Assembly (NCBI GenBank): GCA_964351195.1
Contig: CAYGNI010000001.1
Coordinates: 5,575 to 69,574 of the forward strand
Reading direction: 5' to 3'
Length of the DNA: 64,000 bases
Source: an uncultured Micavibrio sp.
GTDB taxonomy: Bacteria; Pseudomonadota; Alphaproteobacteria; Micavibrionales; Micavibrionaceae
Part shown: positions 40,566 through 48,570 of the stretch, in pieces
Numbering within the stretch: position 1 is the first letter of the stretch
Layout: the number at the start of each line of letters is the position of its first letter
Position numbers and translations under genes: made by a program
Notes under the pieces: model-generated
Database searches by the model: none
The model's input: the letters and a program-made list of their open reading frames with translations, nothing else
What the model was told of the DNA's origin: nothing

Positions 40566-40651
40566 ATTGACTAAATTCTGTCGTAAAGTTTTTAGAGTGT
40601 CTCTTTTTAGATGAGGGTAGTGGTTAAATGTTTTTGAAAAAAAGACTGAAA
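40566..40651 (-). mobile_element. Non-coding scar of an IS6-family transposase 3' region
   Basis: Two blocks, aaattctgtcg and tggttaaatgtttttgaaaaaaagactgaa, match 42080-42090 and 42110-42142 inside the truncated transposase gene. Indels destroy the frame. Confidence 0.5.
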
Positions 40652-40684
40652 GGTAGGGGTTGTAGTCAGCCGATAACTATTCTC
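40652..40684 (+). repeat. IS6-like terminal repeat, copy A
   Basis: GGTAGGGGTTGTAGTCAGCCGATAACTATTCTC is 30/33 identical to copy D. Confidence 0.8.
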
Positions 40685-40819
40685 TTTTCAAATTCTTATC
40701 TTCATCAATAACGGCGTGCGGTTAATACGCGCCTTTTCACTGCACAATATGCGTCGAATATTCTTGCCAATACGGTGAATGAGTGATATATTCTCCTTAT
40801 AATATGCGGTGAATTGATC

Positions 40820-41932
40820 ATGACTTATATACACGAATTAAAAAAATGGCCGGACTTTTACTGGGACAGCGCTCATCTATCCACTCTCTTGGCAGAAGTT
40901 CGTCACGCCCAAGGGCGGTTGCTTGGCAAAATGGAAGCGCTTGGATTTCCCCTAAGAGCCGAAGCCATTTTAGAAACTCTTACTTTGGACACACTAAAAT
41001 CCTCTGAAATAGAAGGCGAAATCCTTGATAAAGAGCAAGTACGCTCATCTATCGCGCGTAGACTTGGTATGGATATCGCCGGGCTTATTCCGTCTGAGCG
41101 CCATATCGATGGCGTTGTGGAAATGATACTTGATGCAACCCAAAACTTCGCGAAGCCATTAACCGATAAACGCCTATATGGATGGCATGCCGCTTTGTTT
41201 CCTACAGGCTATAGCGGCATTCATAAAATCACAGTGGCCGCCTATAGAAATGATGAGCAAGGCCCTATGCAGGTTATTTCCGGTTCATACGGACGTGAAA
41301 AAATACACTACGAGGCACCAAATGCCGCGCATTTAAAAAAGGAAATGGATCATTTTCTCATCTGGTTTGAAAAGAAAAGCGATACCGATGCAGTACTGAA
41401 GGCTGCACTTGCTCATTTATGGTTTGTTACTATTCACCCTTTTGATGATGGGAATGGCCGTATCGCCCGCGCTATATCTGATATGGCGCTTGCACGCTCG
41501 GAAAAAACAACCCAGCGTTTCTACAGCATGTCGGCACAAATCAAAATCGAACACAAAGAATATTACGACATATTGGAGCGAACCCAAAAAGGCGATCTGG
41601 ATATCACTGCATGGCAATGGTGGTTTTTAGAATGTCTGTGGCGAGCTATAAATCAGGCAGAGGAAACTCTTGCCTCAATTTTATTCAAGGCAAAATTTTG
41701 GGAAATGTATAAAGAGGTATCCATCAATGAGCGTCAGCGCACTATGCTAAATAAACTGCTGGACGGGTTTGAGGGCAAACTCACTTCTTCTAAATGGGCC
41801 AAAATAACCAAATGCTCTCAAGATACGGCATTGCGTGATATTACGCATCTTCTGGAGCACAGCATATTAATTAAAGATCCAGGGGGAAGCCGCAGCACGA
41901 GTTATAGCCTCAACGATCTTAATAACGTTTAA
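40820..41932 (+). CDS. Fic-family protein (AMPylase/adenylyltransferase-type) with C-terminal winged-helix region
   Basis: Fic active-site motif HPFDDGNGRIARA, N-terminal inhibitory-helix-type motif SSEIEG, and an N-terminal WPDFYWD segment. Confidence 0.88.
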   Translation: MTYIHELKKWPDFYWDSAHLSTLLAEVRHAQGRLLGKMEALGFPLRAEAILETLTLDTLKSSEIEGEILDKEQVRSSIARRLGMDIAGLIPSERHIDGVVEMILDATQNFAKPLTDKRLYGWHAALFPTGYSGIHKITVAAYRNDEQGPMQVISGSYGREKIHYEAPNAAHLKKEMDHFLIWFEKKSDTDAVLKAALAHLWFVTIHPFDDGNGRIARAISDMALARSEKTTQRFYSMSAQIKIEHKEYYDILERTQKGDLDITAWQWWFLECLWRAINQAEETLASILFKAKFWEMYKEVSINERQRTMLNKLLDGFEGKLTSSKWAKITKCSQDTALRDITHLLEHSILIKDPGGSRSTSYSLNDLNNV

Positions 41933-41973
41933 TACAAAACAGAGAACAGTTAGTGAAGACTGCTTGGTAAAAT

Positions 41974-42006
41974 GGCAGTGCTGTCAGACAAACGATAACT
42001 TTTCTC
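41974..42006 (+). repeat. IS6-like terminal repeat, copy B (terminal inverted repeat of the truncated IS)
   Basis: GGCAGTGCTGTCAGACAAACGATAACTTTTCTC starts 54 nt outside the transposase stop codon. Its first 14 nt resemble the IS26 IR GGCACTGTTGCAAA (recalled from memory). Confidence 0.7.
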
Positions 42007-42027
42007 CGAAAGTTTATCTGAGTTTTG

Positions 42028-42360
42028 TCAGGTACAAACCTCCTTCCAACAAACAACGGAATTGTGACGTAGGTTTTTAAAATTCTGTCGGGTTTCTAAA
42101 TGGTGTTGATGGTTAAAATAGTTTTGAAAAATTGACTGAATTGAGATGAGTTTTTGAAGCGATCGCATTGATCTAAATTTATTCATGCCGCGCTCTCGCC
42201 TTCGAAAATGCAGATGTGAATTTTCAACTTGGTTATTCTTATACCGCCCCGTTTCTTGAAGTTGACCGATTTTCAAATCTCTCAACGCAGCTTTATATGA
42301 TGGCAGCTTATCAGTCACAATTTCTTTCAGTCGACTATATAGATACATCAATTTTTTCAA
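42028..42360 (-). pseudogene. Truncated IS6/IS26-family transposase
   Basis: IVTDKLPSYKAA...YKNNQVENSHLHFRRRERGMNKFRSMRSLQ matches the C-terminal DDE 'E' region of IS6-family transposases (YLNNxIEQDHRxIKxR). It is only 110 aa, against ~230 aa for intact copies. Confidence 0.75.
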
Positions 42361-42413
42361 GACTTTGCGCGCTTTCTTATCATAATACTATATCCATTAT
42401 AGAGAATTTATTT

Positions 42414-43022
42414 TTATGACAGTTTTCTCTTGCCTGAACGGTTTTTAAGATCGTTAATTGTTAGCCTCATCTCTTTCTCCCCGTAGTCAATGTCCGGATG
42501 ATGTGCTCTTGCAACATGGATCGCTTTCACAAGGTCGTATGGCTTTACAAGCGCAGGAAGCCGGACATCGTCCATGAAACGACAATCGAGATATAACCGC
42601 CCATATCCTAATAGCCAGCCCAGCCATCCGTGATCCACTCTCTCAGATCTCATATCGATGAGATCCACCTCTTGAACCTGGATTCGAATTATCCCTTTTT
42701 TGTAAAGAACACGTTTATTTGTGAGGCCAACTTCTATCGAAATATACATCAGAAACATAAACATAAGGCCAGAAAGACCGATTGTTCCAAAAATCCAGAT
42801 AACAGGCACTTTCAACTCGGATGAATGAAAGGACCATAAACTCATTGAAACCAGACCGGCTTGATTACTACCGGAGTAAAACAATAGATAGTGATTAGCA
42901 ATAAAACCAAGAACTAAGAAGAATAAAAGCCATAAAGCGCCTTGGACGACATAAATCCAATGTAATGAGGTAATGGTAAGAATCTTTTCATCTGAATCAA
43001 TAACTTTTTCAACATAGCTCAT
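42414..43022 (-). CDS. Membrane protein with bacterial PH (YdbS/YdbT-like) domain
   Basis: EKILTITSLHWIYVV followed by TM helices, then LTNKRVLYKKGIIRIQVQEVDLIDMRSERVDHGWLGWLLGYGRLYL. 4-nt overlap with the upstream gene. Confidence 0.65.
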   Translation of the reverse strand: MSYVEKVIDSDEKILTITSLHWIYVVQGALWLLFFLVLGFIANHYLLFYSGSNQAGLVSMSLWSFHSSELKVPVIWIFGTIGLSGLMFMFLMYISIEVGLTNKRVLYKKGIIRIQVQEVDLIDMRSERVDHGWLGWLLGYGRLYLDCRFMDDVRLPALVKPYDLVKAIHVARAHHPDIDYGEKEMRLTINDLKNRSGKRKLS

Positions 43023-43582
43023 GTATCATCCTTTTTATCCTTGGGGCTGTTATTGGAACCTGAATAATCTCCCATAAACATTGATAAATGATCTTGGTGA
43101 TTCTGCGCCTGCTTCAGGTTTTTGGCATCGCCGTCGTCCTTACTGTCCTGAAGTGTTTTATCGGTTTGTGTCTTTTTATCTTTTGTAATTTTTCGCCGGA
43201 TCAGGGCAAATTCCATGGCATCGCTCAGACCGCTAAATTCGCCCCGGATCATATTATCTGCAGCGCCGGCTTCGATTACAAATGTTGCAAGTTCATGTTC
43301 TTTTTCGCCTTTTCCAGTAATAACAATGATAGGGATATCATGAGCGGAAAGACCCATCTGGCGGTAGATCTCTTGAGGATCTTCAGACCCTTTCAAGCTT
43401 AGGTCCAGGATGATGATATCCGCACGCAGTTTCTTTACGTCAAGATAGCCAATACCCTCTGTCAGGGTGGGGCACTGCCAGATATAGCATGCAATATCAT
43501 CGCGGCTTTCCACTCTGCTTTTTATATTGTTAATGTCCGCTTCATTATCGCAGATAAGCAGAATTTTTATGTTTTTTTTCAT
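43019..43582 (-). CDS. Receiver-domain protein with no recognisable output domain (low-complexity acidic/basic tail)
   Basis: KILLICDNEAD...ADIIILDLSL...IIVITG is receiver-like. The C-terminal ~60 aa are K/D/Q-rich. Confidence 0.7.
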   Translation of the reverse strand: MKKNIKILLICDNEADINNIKSRVESRDDIACYIWQCPTLTEGIGYLDVKKLRADIIILDLSLKGSEDPQEIYRQMGLSAHDIPIIVITGKGEKEHELATFVIEAGAADNMIRGEFSGLSDAMEFALIRRKITKDKKTQTDKTLQDSKDDGDAKNLKQAQNHQDHLSMFMGDYSGSNNSPKDKKDDT

Positions 43583-43761
43583 TGTTTTATGTGTTCCAGG
43601 CTTTTATCAAACACCATGATGTAGGAGTTCTCGTCAGAGAGGTCATTTTGAAAAGCAATATTGCTTTTGCAACCATCCTCTTGCTCTGCATCAAACCCCC
43701 TATGCAGAAGCGGTGTGATTTCACGTGAAAAATGCGGTTTTGATTGATAGTGAATGTTCAT
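43579..43761 (-). CDS. Small hypothetical protein (60 aa), first gene of a three-gene overlapping operon
   Basis: Its only support is the ATGA overlap with the receiver gene. No motif. Confidence 0.4.
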   Translation of the reverse strand: MNIHYQSKPHFSREITPLLHRGFDAEQEDGCKSNIAFQNDLSDENSYIMVFDKSLEHIKQ

Positions 43762-43835
43762 AATTTTCTTTCTAGTCTTCTATCGGCACATCAGGAGGCC
43801 GGGCTTTAAAGACACAGGCCTCCTCGTGCTCTGGG

Positions 43836-44000
43836 TTAGCTGCATCCGCCTTCGGATTGCATGTCGGATTTTTCCTGTTTGCTTTCCTTGTTGTCGCGCG
43901 GCTTATTCGCGGCATCTTTATTCGTAACTACACCGGATTTGTCTTTCGGCTTTTGGTTTGCGGGACGGATTTCATTTGGTTTTTTGTTTTTGTTAAACAT
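43836..44000 (-). CDS. Small hydrophilic K/N/D-rich protein (54 aa), stress-protein-like; not in the ORF track
   Basis: MFNKNKKPNEIRPANQKPKDKSGVVTNKDAANKPRDNKESKQEKSDMQSEGGCS. SD aaggaaac. ECF-type promoter motif ~65 nt upstream and a hairpin (43793-43824) downstream. Confidence 0.5.
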   Translation of the reverse strand: MFNKNKKPNEIRPANQKPKDKSGVVTNKDAANKPRDNKESKQEKSDMQSEGGCS

Positions 44001-44065
44001 GATCGTTTCCTTACATTTCGGGGGTTAAGTTTTTTGGTATGGTTAGAGTCTATTGAGCCGTGTAT

Positions 44066-44100
44066 CAGGAAGCGATGCGGGAAGAAGGCAGCCATATAAA
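44066..44100 (-). promoter_or_regulatory. ECF-type promoter motif, copy 1 (TTATAT-N14-CGCATCGC)
   Basis: The minus-strand reading TTTATATGGCTGCCTTCTTCCCGCATCGCTTCCTGA aligns with the three other copies. Confidence 0.55.
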
Positions 44101-44189
44101 TTTCTCGTAAGGATCGAATATTCTCACGTTATTATGATTGCTTTCATGCTATAAAAGCGTACACATGTGTTTTGGAAAGAAGATCGCGC

Positions 44190-44804
44190 ATGAAGCGTTT
44201 TGCCGCATTATTGATAACGATGCTTCTGATAACAAGCGGCACATACGCATCCGGCGTAGCCGAAAAATTCAGCTTTGACAAAGATCACACCACTGTCGGG
44301 TTCAATGTGAGCTATTTGCTTTTAGCGCGGGTCAGTGGCCGCTTTGACGATTTTAAAGGCTCCTTTGTCATCGACCACGAAAATCCTGAAAACAGCCGTG
44401 CCGACATCGTTATACAAACCGCCAGCGTGGATACCGGCATTAAAGCGCGGGATGCGGATATACGCGGCCCCGGCCTGTTCAATGCCGACCGTTATCCCAC
44501 AATGGTCTTTCACAGCGACAAAATAGAGATGATAACGAACGATACGGGCCGGATGACGGGTGACCTGACCCTGCTCGGCATTACAAAGCCTGTGACGCTT
44601 GATCTTGTCAAAATGCCAGGCCAAGACAAGAGTTTGATTAACGGATACAAAGTCACGGGCCAGATTAAACGCTCGGACTATGGTATGAACGCGTTTATCA
44701 GGCCGATAGGAAATGTTGTGACGCTGCTGGTGTGTTACAATATGGAAGAGTGCAGCAGTGGCGATACCGATCAGAATAAAGCAAAGCCCAGATATAATCT
44801 ATAA
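44190..44804 (+). CDS. YceI-family periplasmic (polyisoprenoid-binding) protein
   Basis: Signal peptide MKRFAALLITMLLITSGTYA and YceI pattern FDKDHTTVGFNVSYLLLARVSGRFDDFKGSFVID. Confidence 0.85.
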   Translation: MKRFAALLITMLLITSGTYASGVAEKFSFDKDHTTVGFNVSYLLLARVSGRFDDFKGSFVIDHENPENSRADIVIQTASVDTGIKARDADIRGPGLFNADRYPTMVFHSDKIEMITNDTGRMTGDLTLLGITKPVTLDLVKMPGQDKSLINGYKVTGQIKRSDYGMNAFIRPIGNVVTLLVCYNMEECSSGDTDQNKAKPRYNL

Positions 44805-44821
44805 ACAACCAGGTTTTCTGT

Positions 44822-45346
44822 TTAAGCCGCGCTTCTAAGTTTTGCGTTCGCGATATAAGCAGGGATAGTGGGCGTATCCAGCATAAATTGCAAACTTGCG
44901 CGGGCGCGGAACAGGCGTGAACGAACCGTGCCGAGTGGGATTTCTAGGATATCGGCAACCTCTTGGTAACTTCCACCTTCAAAACAAACCAAAATAAGGA
45001 TGTTGCGGTGATGGGCGTTGAGTTTAGCCATGGCTCTTTGAACGTCTGAAAAATCCATCTTTGCATCCTGCGTTGGCTTTACGAACTGTTCTTCCAGATA
45101 AGATTCCGGGTCATACTGGGTTTCAAATTTGACCTTGCGGCGATAACCGGAAACGAAGAGGTTATACATGATCTTGGAAGTCCAGCTGAAAAGGTTTGTA
45201 CCATCCTCAAAATAATCCGCCTTTTCAAGCGCACGCAGACAGGTGGACTGGACGAGGTCATCAGCATCGGCTTTGTTTCGCGTTAGACGCATGGCAAATT
45301 TTTGTAATTTTCCGGTTTCTGCAACCAACTCATTCTGGGCAAACAT
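44822..45346 (-). CDS. ECF-family RNA polymerase sigma factor
   Basis: Region 2 DADDLVQSTCLRALEKADYFEDGTNLFSWTSKIMYNLFVSGYRR. Region 4 GGSYQEVADILEIPLGTVRSRLFRARASL. Start at MFAQNEL after a caggag SD. Confidence 0.88.
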   Translation of the reverse strand: MFAQNELVAETGKLQKFAMRLTRNKADADDLVQSTCLRALEKADYFEDGTNLFSWTSKIMYNLFVSGYRRKVKFETQYDPESYLEEQFVKPTQDAKMDFSDVQRAMAKLNAHHRNILILVCFEGGSYQEVADILEIPLGTVRSRLFRARASLQFMLDTPTIPAYIANAKLRSAA

Positions 45347-45401
45347 GTCGATCTCCTGTGGGTTTTGTAATGTAAGAACCAAAGCCTAGGGGACGGCACA
45401 T

Positions 45402-45436
45402 CAAGAAGCGATACGGGAAAGTATCCGGTGTATAAA
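45402..45436 (-). promoter_or_regulatory. ECF-type promoter motif, copy 2 (upstream of the sigma gene itself)
   Basis: Minus-strand reading TTTATACACCGGATACTTTCCCGTATCGCTTCTTGA. Confidence 0.55.
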
Positions 45437-45471
45437 TTTCCTGTAAAGGAACTATTTCAAAACAAGCATAT

Positions 45472-45504
45472 AAAAACCGTCCGGTGGGGAGCCGGACGGT
45501 TTTT
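45472..45504. terminator. Bidirectional rho-independent terminator
   Basis: accgtccgg-tggggag-ccggacggt stem flanked by an A-run and a T-run, downstream of the csbD-like gene. Confidence 0.75.
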
Positions 45505-45526
45505 CGGGGTTAGGTCGATTTAAAAC

Positions 45527-45772
45527 CTATGCTGCTTTTGCTGTGCCGCAACCGCAATCTTTTTCGAGCTGCTGCATTTTCTTCTGGGCATCCTCTTTCG
45601 AAATATTGGCCTTTTCTTTCAGCTTGGCAAAAAATTCATCGCGCTTGCCATCGTAAAGTTTGACATCATTATCGCTCAGGCCGCTCCATGTTTCCTTGAT
45701 TTTTTTGTGCAGCTTCTCGGAGTTTTCTTTCGAATTCGAGTTCTGCTTCATATTCTGATTTTTATTGTCCAT
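45527..45772 (-). CDS. CsbD-family general stress protein
   Basis: KIKETWSGLSDNDVKLYDGKRDEFFAKLKEKANISKEDAQKKMQ. Start at MDNKNQ after an aaggag SD. Confidence 0.8.
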   Translation of the reverse strand: MDNKNQNMKQNSNSKENSEKLHKKIKETWSGLSDNDVKLYDGKRDEFFAKLKEKANISKEDAQKKMQQLEKDCGCGTAKAA

Positions 45773-45844
45773 GATGATCTCCTTGATCTTTTGGTTTAAA
45801 TCTGCGAACCGCAGATCCATGTGCAGTTGTCGCAGATGCCGTAT

Positions 45845-45880
45845 AACAATGCGATGCGGATAAAGGGCGAGAGTATAAGG
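45845..45880 (-). promoter_or_regulatory. ECF-type promoter motif, copy 4
   Basis: Minus-strand reading CTTATACTCTCGCCCTTTATCCGCATCGCATTG, ~70 nt upstream of the csbD-like start. Confidence 0.5.
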
Positions 45881-45904
45881 AAGGTATAAGGACGCCCCTC
45901 ATTA

Positions 45905-45937
45905 ATAAAAAAGCCGCCCACCAAGAGCGGCTTTTCT
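45905..45937 (-). terminator. Rho-independent terminator after the EF-hand gene
   Basis: aagccgc-ccaccaaga-gcggctt stem with a T-run on the minus strand. Confidence 0.7.
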
Positions 45938-45954
45938 GATATGTAGTCGAGGGT

Positions 45955-46443
45955 TTATCTCAGAACGCTTTTCCATTCTTCGAGGCTTAAGTTCCCATCG
46001 CCGTTATCGTCATAGGCGTTAAACGTGCCGATTTCGAACTCGGCGTTGCTGACCTTGCCGTCTGTATTTGTATCCCATTTTGAATACAGGCCGGTTTTTT
46101 CAATCAAAGTTTTAACCTCGTTGTTATCAAGGCGGTTGTCCTTGTCTTGATCCCAATAAGTGTAGTTATTGTAATTTACATCCTTGTAGGGGCGGTAGAA
46201 CTGGGATGTGGTGAGTTTCCATTCCTCATTACCCATATAGCCGTCGCCGTCCATATCCGATCTTGTATAGAGGTAGGTTGTAAATTCCTCCGGCTGGATA
46301 TACCCGTCCTTATTGCTGTCATAGGAATAGGTGCGGGTTTGAGTCTGGGTTTTGACCTCTTCTGCGCTGGCCTGAATGACCGGGACGGCGATAAAGCCGA
46401 GCAGGAGTGTTGCCAGAATGGTTTTGTTTAAATGTATGTACAT
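45955..46443 (-). CDS. Secreted EF-hand calcium-binding protein (five EF-hand loops)
   Basis: Signal peptide, then DSNKDGYIQPEEF, DMDGDGYMGNEEW, DQDKDNRLDNNEV, DTNTDGKVSNAEF and DDNGDGNLSLEEW. Confidence 0.8.
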   Translation of the reverse strand: MYIHLNKTILATLLLGFIAVPVIQASAEEVKTQTQTRTYSYDSNKDGYIQPEEFTTYLYTRSDMDGDGYMGNEEWKLTTSQFYRPYKDVNYNNYTYWDQDKDNRLDNNEVKTLIEKTGLYSKWDTNTDGKVSNAEFEIGTFNAYDDNGDGNLSLEEWKSVLR

Positions 46444-46492
46444 GGTATTTCCTTTGGTTTTGGGGTTTTTTAAGTGGGTATTCGGTCAAAGA

Positions 46493-46828
46493 TTATAACG
46501 GAGGCAAATTATCAGGGTTGCGACGTTGGTAAGATTCTTCCGCTCCGGTTTTAAGGCGGTTTCCTTTTCTGACCAGGGATTCACCCTCCCTTACGGTGAC
46601 CTCGCCCCTGGAAACCATGTCTTTTCCTTTATCAATTTCCTTGTTACCGGATTGAATTAAGGAATTTCCTTTTGTTACGAGGTTTTCGCCTTCAGACCAG
46701 TTTTGCCCGATGGCTTGAGTTTCGGCTCCCTGATTTTGAATTTTCTCGCCATAAGTAAGGTCCGTTGAGGCGCATGCACCAAGAAGAAGCAATCCGGGCA
46801 TAAGAAATAGTTTGTTATAATGTTTCAT
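46493..46828 (-). CDS. Lipoprotein, function unknown
   Basis: Lipobox LLLLGAC. The repetitive mature part is rich in G/E/N/K. Confidence 0.6.
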   Translation of the reverse strand: MKHYNKLFLMPGLLLLGACASTDLTYGEKIQNQGAETQAIGQNWSEGENLVTKGNSLIQSGNKEIDKGKDMVSRGEVTVREGESLVRKGNRLKTGAEESYQRRNPDNLPPL

Positions 46829-46853
46829 GGGTTTTGATCTTTCTTATGTTGGG

Positions 46854-46991
46854 CTACTCAGCCGCTTCTTCGACGGATTCACCGGCATGTTGAATATCGC
46901 GTCCGGCGCCCTCCATCGTTTCACAGGCCGAAAGGCCAAGGGAGAGAACGGCAAGAGAGGCGAGTGTTAAAAATCTTAAATTCGTAATCAT
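46854..46991 (-). CDS. Entericidin EcnA/B-family small lipoprotein (45 aa; not in the ORF track)
   Basis: MITNLRFLTLASLAVLSLGLSACETMEGAGRDIQHAGESVEEAAE has the lipobox plus the GAGxDIQxAGE pattern typical of entericidins. Confidence 0.7.
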   Translation of the reverse strand: MITNLRFLTLASLAVLSLGLSACETMEGAGRDIQHAGESVEEAAE

Positions 46992-47019
46992 GGTTATGTT
47001 TCCTTTGTTTTAAATTTTT

Positions 47020-47196
47020 CTAAACGGGCGGCGCTTTGCCTTTCAGGGCGTGTACCACAGCGGCAATGATGAACAGCACGATGAACAAGAAGAATAAGAT
47101 GCGTGCAATTTCCACCGCGCCGGCGGCAATGCCGCTGAAGCCGAGTACACCGGCAATCAGGGCAATGACAAAAAATATGATCGCATATCTAAGCAT
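47020..47196 (-). CDS. DUF1328/UPF0391 (YtjA-like) small membrane protein (58 aa; not in the ORF track)
   Basis: [48 protein letters not shown]. 8-nt overlap with the upstream CBS gene stop. Confidence 0.7.
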   Translation of the reverse strand: MLRYAIIFFVIALIAGVLGFSGIAAGAVEIARILFFLFIVLFIIAAVVHALKGKAPPV

Positions 47197-47650
47197 GATG
47201 AACCTTTTCCGCCCCGACCAGCTTTAGCGGTTCGGCGCAGATATGCCCTAAGGCTTTGCCACAAATACGATGGTGCTCATCGGTGGAATTTGCCGCCAGA
47301 TCGCCCAGCGATACAATGCCCACAAGCCGCTTGTCCTTATCCAGAACCGGCAAGCGCCGTACCTTGTTTTTGGTCATATCCAGCGCGACATCCTCTAGGG
47401 AATCCGTATCGCGGCAATACAGGATTTGTTTTGTCATGACCTGCTCGGCGTTTGTTCCCTCGGGATCATGGGATGCCGCAACACAGCGCAAGGCAAGATC
47501 ACGGTCGGTAATCACGCCGACCAGGCGATCATCCTTGCCGACCAGAACGCTGCCGCAATCGCTGGCCTGCATTTTCTTTGCAACTTCGTTTAAAAGTGTT
47601 TCAGGGGCAACAATTTCAACGTCTTTGCTCATAATATCTTTGATCTTCAT
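47189..47650 (-). CDS. CBS-domain pair protein
   Basis: Two CBS repeats: [46 protein letters not shown] and [33 protein letters not shown]. Confidence 0.85.
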   Translation of the reverse strand: MKIKDIMSKDVEIVAPETLLNEVAKKMQASDCGSVLVGKDDRLVGVITDRDLALRCVAASHDPEGTNAEQVMTKQILYCRDTDSLEDVALDMTKNKVRRLPVLDKDKRLVGIVSLGDLAANSTDEHHRICGKALGHICAEPLKLVGAEKVHHA

Positions 47651-47674
47651 GGTGTTATTCCTTGTTTTTTTGTT

Positions 47675-47785
47675 TTAAAATTTGAACCAATTGAAGCCGC
47701 CCATTTGATTGATGCTTACGATCACAAGGCCAAAGGCAATAACAATCAGTGCCCAGTCCTTAAAATCTGTGAATGCATTTTTCAT
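47675..47785 (-). CDS. Possible 36-aa membrane peptide
   Basis: MKNAFTDFKDWALIVIAFGLVIVSINQMGGFNWFKF with a gaggaaaag SD. The longer track ORF overlaps the upstream gene. Confidence 0.35.
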   Translation of the reverse strand: MKNAFTDFKDWALIVIAFGLVIVSINQMGGFNWFKF

Positions 47786-47804
47786 GACGTGCTTTTCCTC
47801 AAAA

Positions 47805-48464
47805 TTAACGGCGGAAATCGATGACAACGCGGCGGTTGTCCTGATTTCTGATGCCGTCTTTGGTCTGCACGGCCTGGTCATATTCGCCGCGCGCTTCACG
47901 TGCAAGCACCTGATTTTCAATGCCACGGCTCAGCAAGGCTTTTGATACGGCCTGCTCGCGTTCACGGGAGAGAGTTTGATTATAATCGGCTTTGCCAGAG
48001 CTGTCGGTATAGCCTGTAACAGTCACCTGACGCGGGTTATATTTCGAAATTTCCCGCATGGCACGATCAAGGGTTGCCATTTCATTGGCTCTTATATTTG
48101 ATTTGTCATGATCGAACAGCACTGTGTATGAGCTGACAATCGGCAGAACTTTTTCTTGTTTCTGGGTGTGCGTTGACATTTGCGTGCTCGCAAGCTCCAT
48201 TTCTTCTTCTTCGACCTTGGCGCAATTATCCATCATATTACGCGGCAGATCGCGATAGTTCTGGCACGGCTCTCTTTGCTCATATTGTTTGTATGATTTT
48301 TTATCCATGCGGTCTTCGGTATTGTTGCCCTGCGTGTAATTCTTTTGTGATATGTCAGAGCGGGGCGTATAGCGCGGGCCAGAGCTTTCCCACATGCCGT
48401 TGTAAGAGCTACAGGCGCCTAAAGTCAGGGCGACTGTGCATAAGAGGATGGTTCTTGTTTTCAT
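47805..48464 (-). CDS. OmpA-family (peptidoglycan-associated) lipoprotein
   Basis: Lipobox ALTLGAC. C-terminal OmpA-like domain VTVTGYTDSSGKADYNQTLSREREQAVSKALLSRG...NRRVVIDF. Start at MKTRTILL. Confidence 0.85.
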   Translation of the reverse strand: MKTRTILLCTVALTLGACSSYNGMWESSGPRYTPRSDISQKNYTQGNNTEDRMDKKSYKQYEQREPCQNYRDLPRNMMDNCAKVEEEEMELASTQMSTHTQKQEKVLPIVSSYTVLFDHDKSNIRANEMATLDRAMREISKYNPRQVTVTGYTDSSGKADYNQTLSREREQAVSKALLSRGIENQVLAREARGEYDQAVQTKDGIRNQDNRRVVIDFRR

Positions 48465-48514
48465 GGTATATTCCTTTTTTAAATTCCAGAACCAGACCAT
48501 GGGGCTTTCCCCAT

Positions 48515-48550
48515 CAGGAAGCGATGCGTAATGCAGCACGAATGTATAAG
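48515..48550 (-). promoter_or_regulatory. ECF-type promoter motif, copy 3
   Basis: Minus-strand reading CTTATACATTCGTGCTGCATTACGCATCGCTTCCTGA, ~50 nt upstream of the ompA-like start. Confidence 0.55.
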
Positions 48551-48570
48551 GATTGTGTAAGGGGGGGAGT

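Noticed and set aside
43857-44099. The 80-aa plus-strand track ORF at 43857-44099, and likewise the one at 47036-47227.
   Set aside because: The opposite strand encodes better-supported small genes: a 54-aa hydrophilic protein with SD and promoter motif, and a DUF1328-like protein overlapping the CBS stop.
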